Part shown: one piece after another, positions 36,565 to 45,199 of the stretch
How the letters are laid out: the number at the start of each line of letters is the position of its first letter
Numbering within the stretch: the stretch's first letter is position 1
Source: an uncultured Mycoplasmatota bacterium
GTDB lineage: Bacteria; Bacillota_I; Bacilli_A; RF39; UBA660
Assembly (NCBI GenBank): GCA_946488855.1
Contig: CAMLWC010000002.1
Span: forward strand, 7,292-71,291
DNA: 64,000 bases
Direction of reading: 5' to 3'
The notes under the pieces: generated by a model
Seen by the model: the letters and a program-made list of their open reading frames with translations, nothing else
Database searches by the model: none
What the model was told of the DNA's origin: nothing
Position numbers and translations under genes: made by a program

Positions 36565-37422
36565 TTAATTACATTCTACTTCTAATAAAGAAAATTCATT
36601 TATATCATAAGTAGCATCTTTATCTACTTTATAAAATATATAACTTAAATTATCTTTACTAGGTATTTCTAAAATTATTTCATTAATATAACCATTTGAC
36701 ATATTATAATTTGTTATATTTTCGTTATCAATTCTTAATTTATTAGCATCCCAATTTATTTTAACACATTTTTTAGTGTCAGAAGAATTAATTACTGTTA
36801 ATCGATCATAATTAGAAAATGATTGATATAACATATCTGTTTTTTCTATTAAGTTTTTATCTTTTTTAAGAATAAATATTCCTGTTAGTTTTTTTTCATA
36901 TGGTTCAGTAGTAACAACTTCAATGTTAGCAGTTACATTATCATTTTCTACATCAAAATATATATCTGAAGTAGCTTTTTGAATAACCCAATCATAACCT
37001 TTTACTTCACAAGTTGCTTTATCAAAATCGGTTGTATCTATACCATCATTTGTATTATTTACACAACTATTATAACTAGATAATGTCCCATAATAAACAT
37101 TCGAATCAGTTCCATTGACTTTACAATTACTACCATCATCTAATATACAAGTTACTTTATATTTTATATCATAATCAGTAACTAAAACATCATTGATATT
37201 ATTTTTTAAATTAAAATGAATACTTGTTCCATCCCAAACATTATTAACATTTTTAACGTTATTTCCTAGTTGATCACTACTTAAATAAAATCCTTGAGAA
37301 TTTAAATAATAATTCCAAACTGTATTAGATACGTATTTTGCTAATGTAAAACCGTTTGTAATAAGTAAGATTGTACCTAAAAATATAACAATCATTATTA
37401 AATATTTGCGCATTTTAATCAC
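36565..37422 (-). CDS. Secreted protein with SipW-cognate-like signal peptide, 285 aa
   Basis: N-terminus ..IFLGTILLITNGFTLAKYVSNT. N/T/D-rich mature part. No other motif recognised. Confidence 0.4.
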   Translation of the reverse strand: MIKMRKYLIMIVIFLGTILLITNGFTLAKYVSNTVWNYYLNSQGFYLSSDQLGNNVKNVNNVWDGTSIHFNLKNNINDVLVTDYDIKYKVTCILDDGSNCKVNGTDSNVYYGTLSSYNSCVNNTNDGIDTTDFDKATCEVKGYDWVIQKATSDIYFDVENDNVTANIEVVTTEPYEKKLTGIFILKKDKNLIEKTDMLYQSFSNYDRLTVINSSDTKKCVKINWDANKLRIDNENITNYNMSNGYINEIILEIPSKDNLSYIFYKVDKDATYDINEFSLLEVECN

Positions 37423-37951
37423 CTAACTTCTGCCAACTATTTATTTCTACATCAATGAAATCAGCTAAATTTGTATATTCTAATGAATTATATTCACTAG
37501 GAAAAGTTACTTTTAATTTGTAATTATCTAATGTTTCCTCGGTATGTTCTAGTGTTTGAATTGAAGAATTACATACTAATTCATTTTTTTCATTTCTTGA
37601 ATAAGTTTCATCACATTTCATTATCAATTCTTCTGTTTCCCCTACTTTGTATAACTCAATATCTAAAGGCATAAAATGAAATGTTTTAATAGTAATTTGA
37701 TATTCAACTGTTACGTTACTTAATTCATTATCTTTATTAGTAACTGAAAATAAGTATTCATCATTACTACCAGGATTTAGATTACTTAAATTTAATTCCA
37801 AATGATCTAATTGTTTACTTTCAAATACAAATTTAGCTATTTTTTGATCTATTTTTACATTAATGTTAGAATTAAACATTGAATATGTAACACCAGTACC
37901 TAAAAATATAGTTATTAAAATAAATAAAATTATCAATACTTTATGTTTCAT
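37415..37951 (-). CDS. TasA/camelysin-like small secreted protein
   Basis: Signal ..IFLGTGVTYSMFNSN (compare TasA GGGTWAAFND). LNLSNLNPGSNDEYLFSVTNKDN parallels TasA VNLSNLKPGDKLTKDFQFENNG. 178 aa. Confidence 0.6.
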   Translation of the reverse strand: MKHKVLIILFILITIFLGTGVTYSMFNSNINVKIDQKIAKFVFESKQLDHLELNLSNLNPGSNDEYLFSVTNKDNELSNVTVEYQITIKTFHFMPLDIELYKVGETEELIMKCDETYSRNEKNELVCNSSIQTLEHTEETLDNYKLKVTFPSEYNSLEYTNLADFIDVEINSWQKLGD

Positions 37952-37960
37952 GATTCCCTC

Positions 37961-40900
37961 CTATCTAACAATAAATTTCTTTTCGATTGTTCCTATTTTA
38001 GTTGTACCATCATACAATTCAAATACAAATTTGTAACCACCTAACATATTTTTAATTTCTAATTTATTAGGTAATTCATAAATGTTATCAGTTATTTTAT
38101 TTAATTTTGTATTAGTATAACTACTTAAATCAACTAATGAATAATCTTGATTATAAGCTGATAAAACTTGTTTTTTATATAATGAAACTCTTACAGTTGG
38201 ATTAGTAAAATTACCAGTTTTAATTATATCAAAATTAATTATATTGTCTGTTATAACATTATCAAATGATACATCAAATCCATAATCAATTGTAACATTG
38301 TTAGTTACTGTTACTGGAACAGTTATTTCATTACTATATGTATTAGCATATTTTCCATCGTAAGATGAAAGTGCTTTTATTTTAAAATAATAACTTCCTG
38401 TTTTTAATTTACTATTATCAGCTGAAGTAGTTATTTCTAAATTACCAATATCAGGTATTCTAACTATACCATCATTACTTGGTGAGTATTCTTTTCCATT
38501 TATTTTAAATGTTAAATTTTTCAAATATTCCTTATTCACTATATTTCCATTTTTATCAACTAAACTAATATTTAATCCCATTATTTTATCTTCATAAGTT
38601 GTATCATTTATTTGATTTCCATTTATAAAATCATATACTAAATTACTTGTAATATCAATTGTATTAGTAGAATCACTATTATAAATAATTGTGTCACTAT
38701 AATTGGTACTAATATTTATACTAGCACTACTTTCATAAATATTAAATGGTTTTAAAGTAGTTGTTAAAGTTTTAATTACACTATCCTGATTATTTAATTC
38801 CATAGCTATTTTAATATCTTCAATATTAGTTATATCAGTATTCTTAAAATCTAAAACAATAGTAAAATTCTCATTTATTTGATTTGTATAATTATCTTCA
38901 CTAAATAAATTATCGCTACCTACTTCTTTAAATAAAGTTAAATTATAAATTGTATCTTGTTTGTCAACTGTATATGTATATACTCTATTTTGATTGTTAT
39001 CAATTAAAGTTATTTTTGTATTAAGTGGTAAAGAAGTATTAGATACAATACTATGTGTTTTTCCTTCGTTATAATTATAACTTGATTGATAACTTACATT
39101 CAAAGTAACAGATGATTTATTTGTTATATAATTTGTAGTAAATTTATTATTTCTACCAGCGCTTAAACTATCAATACTATAACCATCAAATATTATATAT
39201 TCACTATTAACATAAGTAATATAATCAGCATTATCAATTACTTTAACATATAAAATATAAGTACCTTTATTATTAATAGTTATTTTATCATTATAAGTAT
39301 TCCAACTAACACTATCTAATTTATCTTCATTTATTATTTCATTAGATAAATAATATTCAACACTTTTAATACCAGATAAATTATCAATAGCAGTTATTGT
39401 TAAATCAGTATTTTCATTTATATAATTTTTAATAGTTGGATTATTTAAAGTATTCCAATTCTTGTCATTCATATTAATAGTAACATCAGAACCAGATAAA
39501 TCCACTATAATTAAATCAGAATTTAAATAATAGATATTATCATTATTATCGACTACTTTAACATATATAACATATTTTCCTTCATTATTCAAATCAACTA
39601 TACTTTCGTAATTAGTAAAAGTTAAATTAAGTATTTCTTCTTTTGTTAACTCTTTATCACTAATATAATAACTAACTTCTTTAAATGGTCTTAATGGATC
39701 AATTTGTTCGATACTAAAAGCAGTTGTCTTATTAAACTTAATTGAATTTAATTCATATCCTAAATTATTCCATGAATATGTTCCTACATGAATATTAGCA
39801 ATTGGATTATTTATATCGTCAGTAGCTAATATAGGAAAACTTCCTTCTTCATAAACCCAAACATTTTCTGCGTTATTAGCCAAATCTGTACTATCAATAA
39901 ATTCATTAAATTGTAAATTATTGATAACAAAATCTTTATCTTTTAAATTATTAACATCTGTTAAAGTAACACTTCCAAATATACTTCCTTGATTTGTTAT
40001 ATTACCATCAGTATAATATGAATTATTAAAACTAACAACACTACTTATAATAGAATTTACTAAATATGTTGTTTCTGTAGCAAAAGAATTATTAATAGTT
40101 AAATTACCATTTGTAACATTATTAATTAAATGAGTAACATTACCTGTACTATAAACTTTATTTAGTGTTCCTTTACCATGAAGTTTATTAATTAATCCAG
40201 ATGTTTTATCACCTGATAATGTTCCATTATTATAAGATTTATTAATTGTAATATCATTAGTATATCCTACTAAACCAACACTATTTTTACCTATAACATT
40301 AGCTTTATTGATAACATTATTTAAAGTAATTTTATCAGCCTTAGCAACTATTCCACTACTAACACCATAATTATAAGTTACATCATAAGTTAAATTATCT
40401 AATTTTATATTAGTATCTATAACTATTTTACTAATATTTCCTAAATCGAGACTAAAATTACCACTTACTTCATTATTATTAATTTTTATTTTATTTTCAC
40501 CAATACTACCTTTAATTGTAACATTAATTATATCACCCTTTATATAAGGAATCATTATATTAGAAAAATTAGATATTGTAGGAACATTAAATGTTTCTGT
40601 TTTAGTTAATTCTTCATTAGTACCAACTACATAACCATTATATAAAACATTAGTTATTTTAGAATTAGTGGCACTGGATGCAATTCCAGCAGTAATGTTA
40701 CCACCATAAATCATAGCATTTTCAACATACAAATTACTTACATTACCACTTAAATTAGTAAATAAACCTACTTCTTCATTTTCACTAGAAATATATAATC
40801 CATATATTCTAAAATAATTACCATCTAAATTACCCTTAAAATTATTTAAAGATTCAAATAAATTAATAGTTTTTATTTTAGTACCAGTTTTATCTACATT

Positions 40901-41290
40901 ATCATATATTTCATTAGTATTTTCTTTTATATAAAATGTTGTATTATTTAATTTGTATTTAATACCTTCTTCATCATAACTAAATGTACCATCATTTAAA
41001 ACAATATCCTTATTTAATTCAAAATATGTATCAGCATAATCAGTAGTTTTTAACATTTGTGCAAAATAAGCTAATTCATTACCATTAGAAATAATATAAG
41101 GATCATCAATTGTACCACTACCACTTCGATAACTAGTAGCTACATTGCCATCCCAAACTTCAATATCTTTGATAGTATTTCTATTTTTATAGCGCGCTAA
41201 ACTAGGTATCATAATAGAACAAACTAATATTAAACCTAAAATTAAAATTAAATAATTCTGCTTAGGTATTCTTTTCAACAAATTTTTCAT
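37961..41290 (-). CDS. Large (1109 aa) surface/fibre-associated protein: beta-helix-like N-terminal region plus tandem Ig-like repeats
   Basis: Signal ..VCSIMIPSLARYKNRN, then GSGTIDDPYIISNGNELAYFAQML, typical of the start of parallel beta-helix adhesin-like proteins. Two roughly 100-aa repeats are present (..VSYYISDKELTKEEI..GKYVIYVKVVDNNDNIYYLNSDLIIVD and ..VEYYLSNEIINEDKL..GTYILYVKVIDNADYITYVNSEYIIFD). No LPXTG motif. Confidence 0.55.
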   Translation of the reverse strand: MKNLLKRIPKQNYLILILGLILVCSIMIPSLARYKNRNTIKDIEVWDGNVATSYRSGSGTIDDPYIISNGNELAYFAQMLKTTDYADTYFELNKDIVLNDGTFSYDEEGIKYKLNNTTFYIKENTNEIYDNVDKTGTKIKTINLFESLNNFKGNLDGNYFRIYGLYISSENEEVGLFTNLSGNVSNLYVENAMIYGGNITAGIASSATNSKITNVLYNGYVVGTNEELTKTETFNVPTISNFSNIMIPYIKGDIINVTIKGSIGENKIKINNNEVSGNFSLDLGNISKIVIDTNIKLDNLTYDVTYNYGVSSGIVAKADKITLNNVINKANVIGKNSVGLVGYTNDITINKSYNNGTLSGDKTSGLINKLHGKGTLNKVYSTGNVTHLINNVTNGNLTINNSFATETTYLVNSIISSVVSFNNSYYTDGNITNQGSIFGSVTLTDVNNLKDKDFVINNLQFNEFIDSTDLANNAENVWVYEEGSFPILATDDINNPIANIHVGTYSWNNLGYELNSIKFNKTTAFSIEQIDPLRPFKEVSYYISDKELTKEEILNLTFTNYESIVDLNNEGKYVIYVKVVDNNDNIYYLNSDLIIVDLSGSDVTINMNDKNWNTLNNPTIKNYINENTDLTITAIDNLSGIKSVEYYLSNEIINEDKLDSVSWNTYNDKITINNKGTYILYVKVIDNADYITYVNSEYIIFDGYSIDSLSAGRNNKFTTNYITNKSSVTLNVSYQSSYNYNEGKTHSIVSNTSLPLNTKITLIDNNQNRVYTYTVDKQDTIYNLTLFKEVGSDNLFSEDNYTNQINENFTIVLDFKNTDITNIEDIKIAMELNNQDSVIKTLTTTLKPFNIYESSASINISTNYSDTIIYNSDSTNTIDITSNLVYDFINGNQINDTTYEDKIMGLNISLVDKNGNIVNKEYLKNLTFKINGKEYSPSNDGIVRIPDIGNLEITTSADNSKLKTGSYYFKIKALSSYDGKYANTYSNEITVPVTVTNNVTIDYGFDVSFDNVITDNIINFDIIKTGNFTNPTVRVSLYKKQVLSAYNQDYSLVDLSSYTNTKLNKITDNIYELPNKLEIKNMLGGYKFVFELYDGTTKIGTIEKKFIVR

Positions 41291-41342
41291 AAATATCTTC
41301 CTTTACCACTTATTTATTCTTTAACCTCTTACTCTTATATCA

Positions 41343-41361
41343 ATTATAACATAATTCGACA
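41343..41361 (-). promoter_or_regulatory. Putative extended -10 promoter with abutting Spo0A-box heptamer (1109-aa operon)
   Basis: The minus strand reads TGTCGAA-TTA-TGT-TATAAT: a perfect 0A box at 41355-41361 and a -10 at 41343-41348, about 50 nt upstream of the ORF start. Confidence 0.45.
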
Positions 41362-41464
41362 TCTTTTGCACTATGTTTCAACTAATTTATATAAATAATT
41401 AGTTGGAAAAATTATTTAATAAATTATTTCTTTCATAAAATAAATTTTGAAAGGAGGTAATAAA

Positions 41465-42439
41465 ATGACAAATATAGAACTCAAAAATAAATTATTAGAT
41501 ATAGTTAATAATTATAAAACAATTTATGGTATGGGCACTTGGGGTTGGATAGTAACGAAATCAGCTATTGAAAGAAAGAAAAAAGAAAGCTCTTGGTGGA
41601 CAACTTCTAGGATTAATACTATTTCTAAAGTAATTGATAAAAATTATTTCATGTTTGATTGTATTGGATTAATTAAAGGTATACTATGGGGTTGGAACGG
41701 AAATAGTAAAGCAATATATGGTGGTGCTGGATATAATATAAATAAAGTTCCTGATGTAAATACTGAAGGTATGCTTGCTAAATGTACTAATGTTTCAACT
41801 AATTTTAAAACCATAGAAATTGGAGAATATTTATGGATGAGTGGTCATTGCGCTATTTATATTGGTGATGGATTATGTGTTGAATGTACTCCAAAATGGA
41901 CTAACAATGTTCAAATAACTGCGGTAGCAAATATAGGCAATAAAAAAGGTTATAATTCCAGAAATTGGACTAAGCATGGAAAATTACCTTATATTACCTA
42001 TTTAAAAGAAGAAAGTAAAACTTATAAAATAATTGTTGAAAAAATACCAACATACACTAATTCAGAAAATGCAAAAAATAAAAAAAATCCAATCGGTACA
42101 TATAAAAAAGATACTTATTTTATTTTTAACGAAGCAAATGGTATGATCAATATTACTAAAATAAAAAATACTCCAGGTGCTTGGATTAATCCTAATGACA
42201 ATATAATTAAAGAAAATATAGAAAATCCAATTGAAGAAACACCAGTTTCTCCTGAAATGCCGGTTGAACCTGAAATACCTATCGATGTTGAAATACCTAT
42301 TGAAGAACCTAATACTACACCACCAATTGAAACACCAGAAGAATCAATTGAAGAAAATCCTGATGAAAATAAAGAAAACATTTTTATTAGAATTTTCAAA
42401 TTAATTATCAATTTCATATCTAATTTATTTAAAAAATAA
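41465..42439 (+). CDS. NlpC/P60-like cell-wall hydrolase with Pro/Glu-rich linker and C-terminal hydrophobic helix
   Basis: AAAGGAGG RBS before the ATG at 41465. Cys box FDCIGLIKG, His box GHCAIYIGDG. PE-rich tract PIEETPVSPEMPVEPEIPIDVEIPIEEPNTTPPIETPEES. Terminal FIRIFKLIINFISNLF. Confidence 0.55.
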   Translation: MTNIELKNKLLDIVNNYKTIYGMGTWGWIVTKSAIERKKKESSWWTTSRINTISKVIDKNYFMFDCIGLIKGILWGWNGNSKAIYGGAGYNINKVPDVNTEGMLAKCTNVSTNFKTIEIGEYLWMSGHCAIYIGDGLCVECTPKWTNNVQITAVANIGNKKGYNSRNWTKHGKLPYITYLKEESKTYKIIVEKIPTYTNSENAKNKKNPIGTYKKDTYFIFNEANGMINITKIKNTPGAWINPNDNIIKENIENPIEETPVSPEMPVEPEIPIDVEIPIEEPNTTPPIETPEESIEENPDENKENIFIRIFKLIINFISNLFKK

Positions 42440-42605
42440 TAGAACAAAAATCAAATAAATTTGACTGCATCTAATCTCACGATTAGATATTTCTCCTTCT
42501 TTGGTGGCTTTCGCGTTTTCCTCTAGAGACTAATTTCCGATAGTTGCTACCGTACTTGTTTTTATTTTATCTTTTTTTGCAGTGAAATTTTTCGAGGTTT
42601 GTTCA
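42440..42605 (-). ncRNA. Putative omega-RNA scaffold / right end of tnpB element, copy 2
   Basis: Non-coding tail nearly identical to 2597-2760, e.g. the shared ttgactgcatctaatctcacgatta and agagactaatttccgatag. Confidence 0.5.
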
Positions 42606-43748
42606 TGTAAACAACTTAGTATTATTTATTAACCCTTCCCACATTATATTTATTGCCGCATTTATATCTCTATCATTTTCATTTTTGCATTTTGAACATG
42701 TCCAGTTTCGTTTGCTTAAGTCTTTAATTTCTTCATTTTTAGTATTGCAATGACTGCATATTTGACTACTTGGATAATATGTATCTATTTGATAAAAATG
42801 TTTATTTTTCCATTTACTTTTATACTCTAATTGTCTTATTATTTCGCTTAAACTTGCATCACTTATATATTTGGACATTTCTTTTCTTTCTATTAATTTT
42901 TTTGTTTGTAGTTTTTCGGTTATTATTAAGTCGTTTTCATTCACTATTTTTTTTGTGATTTTATGTATTGTATAAATTCTAGCATTTTTTAGTTTCTTAT
43001 ATGTTTCCTTTATTTTGTTTTTCACTTTATAATAATTTTTACTTCCTTTTACTTTTTTACTTAACCATTTTTGTAAATTTTTTATTCTTTTTTCATATTT
43101 GGTTATGTATTTTTTATTTTCATATTTTTCGCCGAAACTTGTTATTACTAAATCTTTTACTCCTAAGTCTATTCCTACTACCTTTGTTGGTATTATATTT
43201 TTTTCTTCTAAATCTTCCTCATATAATACTGATACATAGTATCTATTTATTTTTTTACTTATTGTAGCGTTTATTATTCTTCCTTTTATTTCTTTTGTTT
43301 TTCGATAGCCTCTTATTTTCATATTCTTTAATTTTGGTAAGGTAATTGTTTTATTTGTCATATCCAATTTAATATTTTCATATATCTTATTTTTATAATT
43401 ATTTTTTATATAGTTTGTACGATAACTATTTTTACTATATTTATCTTTATATTTTGGATAATGTTTGGTTCTATAAAAATTTTTAAAAGCTTCTTCCAAA
43501 TCAAATATAGTAGTTGATAGTGCCATACTATCTATCTCAGTTAACCATGGATACGTTTGTTTTAAAAGTGGTAATTCTTTTATACAATCTTTTTTTGTTT
43601 TAGTTATTTTGTTTTGTTTATATAATTTTTCTTTTTCATATAACATTGTATTATAAATAAATCTAGTACATCCTAAAGTTTTATTTATTAATTCTTGTTG
43701 TATTTTATTTGGATATAATCTAAATTTATATGTTTTATATATCTTCAT
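42603..43748 (-). CDS. tnpB: TnpB (IS605 OrfB) RNA-guided nuclease-family protein
   Basis: 381 aa from the ATG at 43748 (GGTGGTGA RBS). MKIYKTYKFRLYPN N-terminus, VGIDLGVKDL (RuvC-I), Zn finger CSHCNTKN..CSKCKNEN, DRDINAAINI (RuvC-III). Confidence 0.9.
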   Translation of the reverse strand: MKIYKTYKFRLYPNKIQQELINKTLGCTRFIYNTMLYEKEKLYKQNKITKTKKDCIKELPLLKQTYPWLTEIDSMALSTTIFDLEEAFKNFYRTKHYPKYKDKYSKNSYRTNYIKNNYKNKIYENIKLDMTNKTITLPKLKNMKIRGYRKTKEIKGRIINATISKKINRYYVSVLYEEDLEEKNIIPTKVVGIDLGVKDLVITSFGEKYENKKYITKYEKRIKNLQKWLSKKVKGSKNYYKVKNKIKETYKKLKNARIYTIHKITKKIVNENDLIITEKLQTKKLIERKEMSKYISDASLSEIIRQLEYKSKWKNKHFYQIDTYYPSSQICSHCNTKNEEIKDLSKRNWTCSKCKNENDRDINAAINIMWEGLINNTKLFT

Positions 43749-43843
43749 TGTATCACCACCATAATAAAATTTTACTATACACACATATGTTTGTCAACAC
43801 ATTTATTTAAAATTTTGCAAAGAACTTTCCTAGTATATAAAAA

Positions 43844-43866
43844 ATATCACACAAATTGTGTGATAT
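43844..43866 (-). terminator. Rho-independent terminator of fibre operon B
   Basis: 10-bp perfect stem atatcacaca/tgtgtgatat with a 3-nt loop, 7 nt after the 438-aa stop, followed on the minus strand by TTTTTT. Confidence 0.7.
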
Positions 43867-43872
43867 TTTAAA

Positions 43873-45189
43873 TTATTCATTTGTTGTTGGAACATCTGGT
43901 CCATCATAATCAGGGAAATCTGATTGATTATATCTTTCTTTAGTGAATCCAAAATTAATAGTAATTTTCTTTCCTAATGAAGCAAAATCATAGTTATCAA
44001 TATCTTGTCCTTCAATCCATACATAAACTCTTAATTTAGTAATACTATTTGGAGCTAACGTCATAAATTGTGGACGATCTTTGCCTTCAACATTTTTCAT
44101 TGTATCAGTAAAGTATGGGAATTCAATTAATTTCATTGCACCTTTTTGTCCCGGATCAGTTCCTTCTGCAGCAGCATTGTATTCTGCTAATGTATTAGTA
44201 TTAGCTGTATAACTATTATAAGCTGTACCATCGTAAATATTAACATTATCAGCAATACCAATTGTTCTACTAATAGCATATGTTGGATAAGCAGTTGTTG
44301 TATTTAATGTTTTACATGGTGTAGCATCAGTATAAGATGCACTTGAATTAACATCTGCACCTGTTCTTTTTAAACAAGATTCATTATACCAATTAATAGC
44401 ATTTTGTACGTGTTTAGTATCATTTGGTTCCCAAATTTGAGCATCTCTACAAATACCTGTAACATGTTCTGGATCATCATCATCATCTAAACTATCAGCA
44501 CAAGTCATACTTGTTACTAATTTTTGATTTTTTGGTACATCTGTATCTAAAGCAGCACTTACACGACCTAATTGAACAAATCCAACTCTTACTGAATTTT
44601 CAATACCAGCTTTACCTTCACCATCTAAAGCAACTGTAACAGCTGAATTAGTATTTAAATAAATTGCTTCTTCATTTAAAACATTATTTTCTGGATAATA
44701 AGGATTTCCTGATAAGTTCTTAACAAATAAGTCAAATGCTATATATCCATCACCTTCAACATATTCTTTTGAACTAGTTGTTCCACCTACTTGTTTAGTA
44801 TGATTATCAACTTGACTAGATAATAATCTATAACCACCAGTAACAGCAGTTAAACTTCCTTTTTCATATAATTTCATTCTTGATGAAGTTGCATCCATTT
44901 CACCAATTGAAGACATTGGAATTAATCCTTGTTTTTCTTGATCTAGCCATTGATTTGCATTTCCTTCATAAGCAGTTGCATTTTTAGCGTCTAATGTATA
45001 AACCCAATCCTTACCATCCATAGATAAGAATAACCCTTCTGTTGTTGCAATATTAATATCGAATTCTGTTACATTAACAGTTTTCATACCTATAAACCAT
45101 GCATAAGTTGAAACTGATAATAAAATAGCACATAAAGCACAAAGAGTAATCAGATTTCTTACTTTTTGATTTTTCTTTCTTCTTTTCAT
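43873..45189 (-). CDS. Secreted 'STYAWF' family protein, operon B copy (paralogue of 31704-33029)
   Basis: VRNLITLCALCAILLSVSTYAWFIGMKTVNVTEF and the same blocks (AGIENSVRVGFVQLGRV, IWEPNDTKHVQNAINWY, ITKLRVYVWIEGQDIDNYDFASLGKKITINFGFTKE). Confidence 0.6.
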   Translation of the reverse strand: MKRRKKNQKVRNLITLCALCAILLSVSTYAWFIGMKTVNVTEFDINIATTEGLFLSMDGKDWVYTLDAKNATAYEGNANQWLDQEKQGLIPMSSIGEMDATSSRMKLYEKGSLTAVTGGYRLLSSQVDNHTKQVGGTTSSKEYVEGDGYIAFDLFVKNLSGNPYYPENNVLNEEAIYLNTNSAVTVALDGEGKAGIENSVRVGFVQLGRVSAALDTDVPKNQKLVTSMTCADSLDDDDDPEHVTGICRDAQIWEPNDTKHVQNAINWYNESCLKRTGADVNSSASYTDATPCKTLNTTTAYPTYAISRTIGIADNVNIYDGTAYNSYTANTNTLAEYNAAAEGTDPGQKGAMKLIEFPYFTDTMKNVEGKDRPQFMTLAPNSITKLRVYVWIEGQDIDNYDFASLGKKITINFGFTKERYNQSDFPDYDGPDVPTTNE

Positions 45190-45199
45190 TTTATACCTC

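Larger units (their letters stand above)
42440..43845 (-). mobile_element. IS200/IS605-family tnpB-only element, copy 2, intact
   Basis: See copy 1. It is inserted between the operon B terminator hairpin and the stop codon of the NlpC/P60-like gene. Confidence 0.8.

Noticed and set aside
42115-42447. 110-aa minus-strand ORF at the 3' end of the NlpC/P60-like gene.
   Set aside because: It is the antisense reading of the Pro/Glu-rich repeat (it reads as G/S/I repeats). It has no start context and is a shadow ORF.
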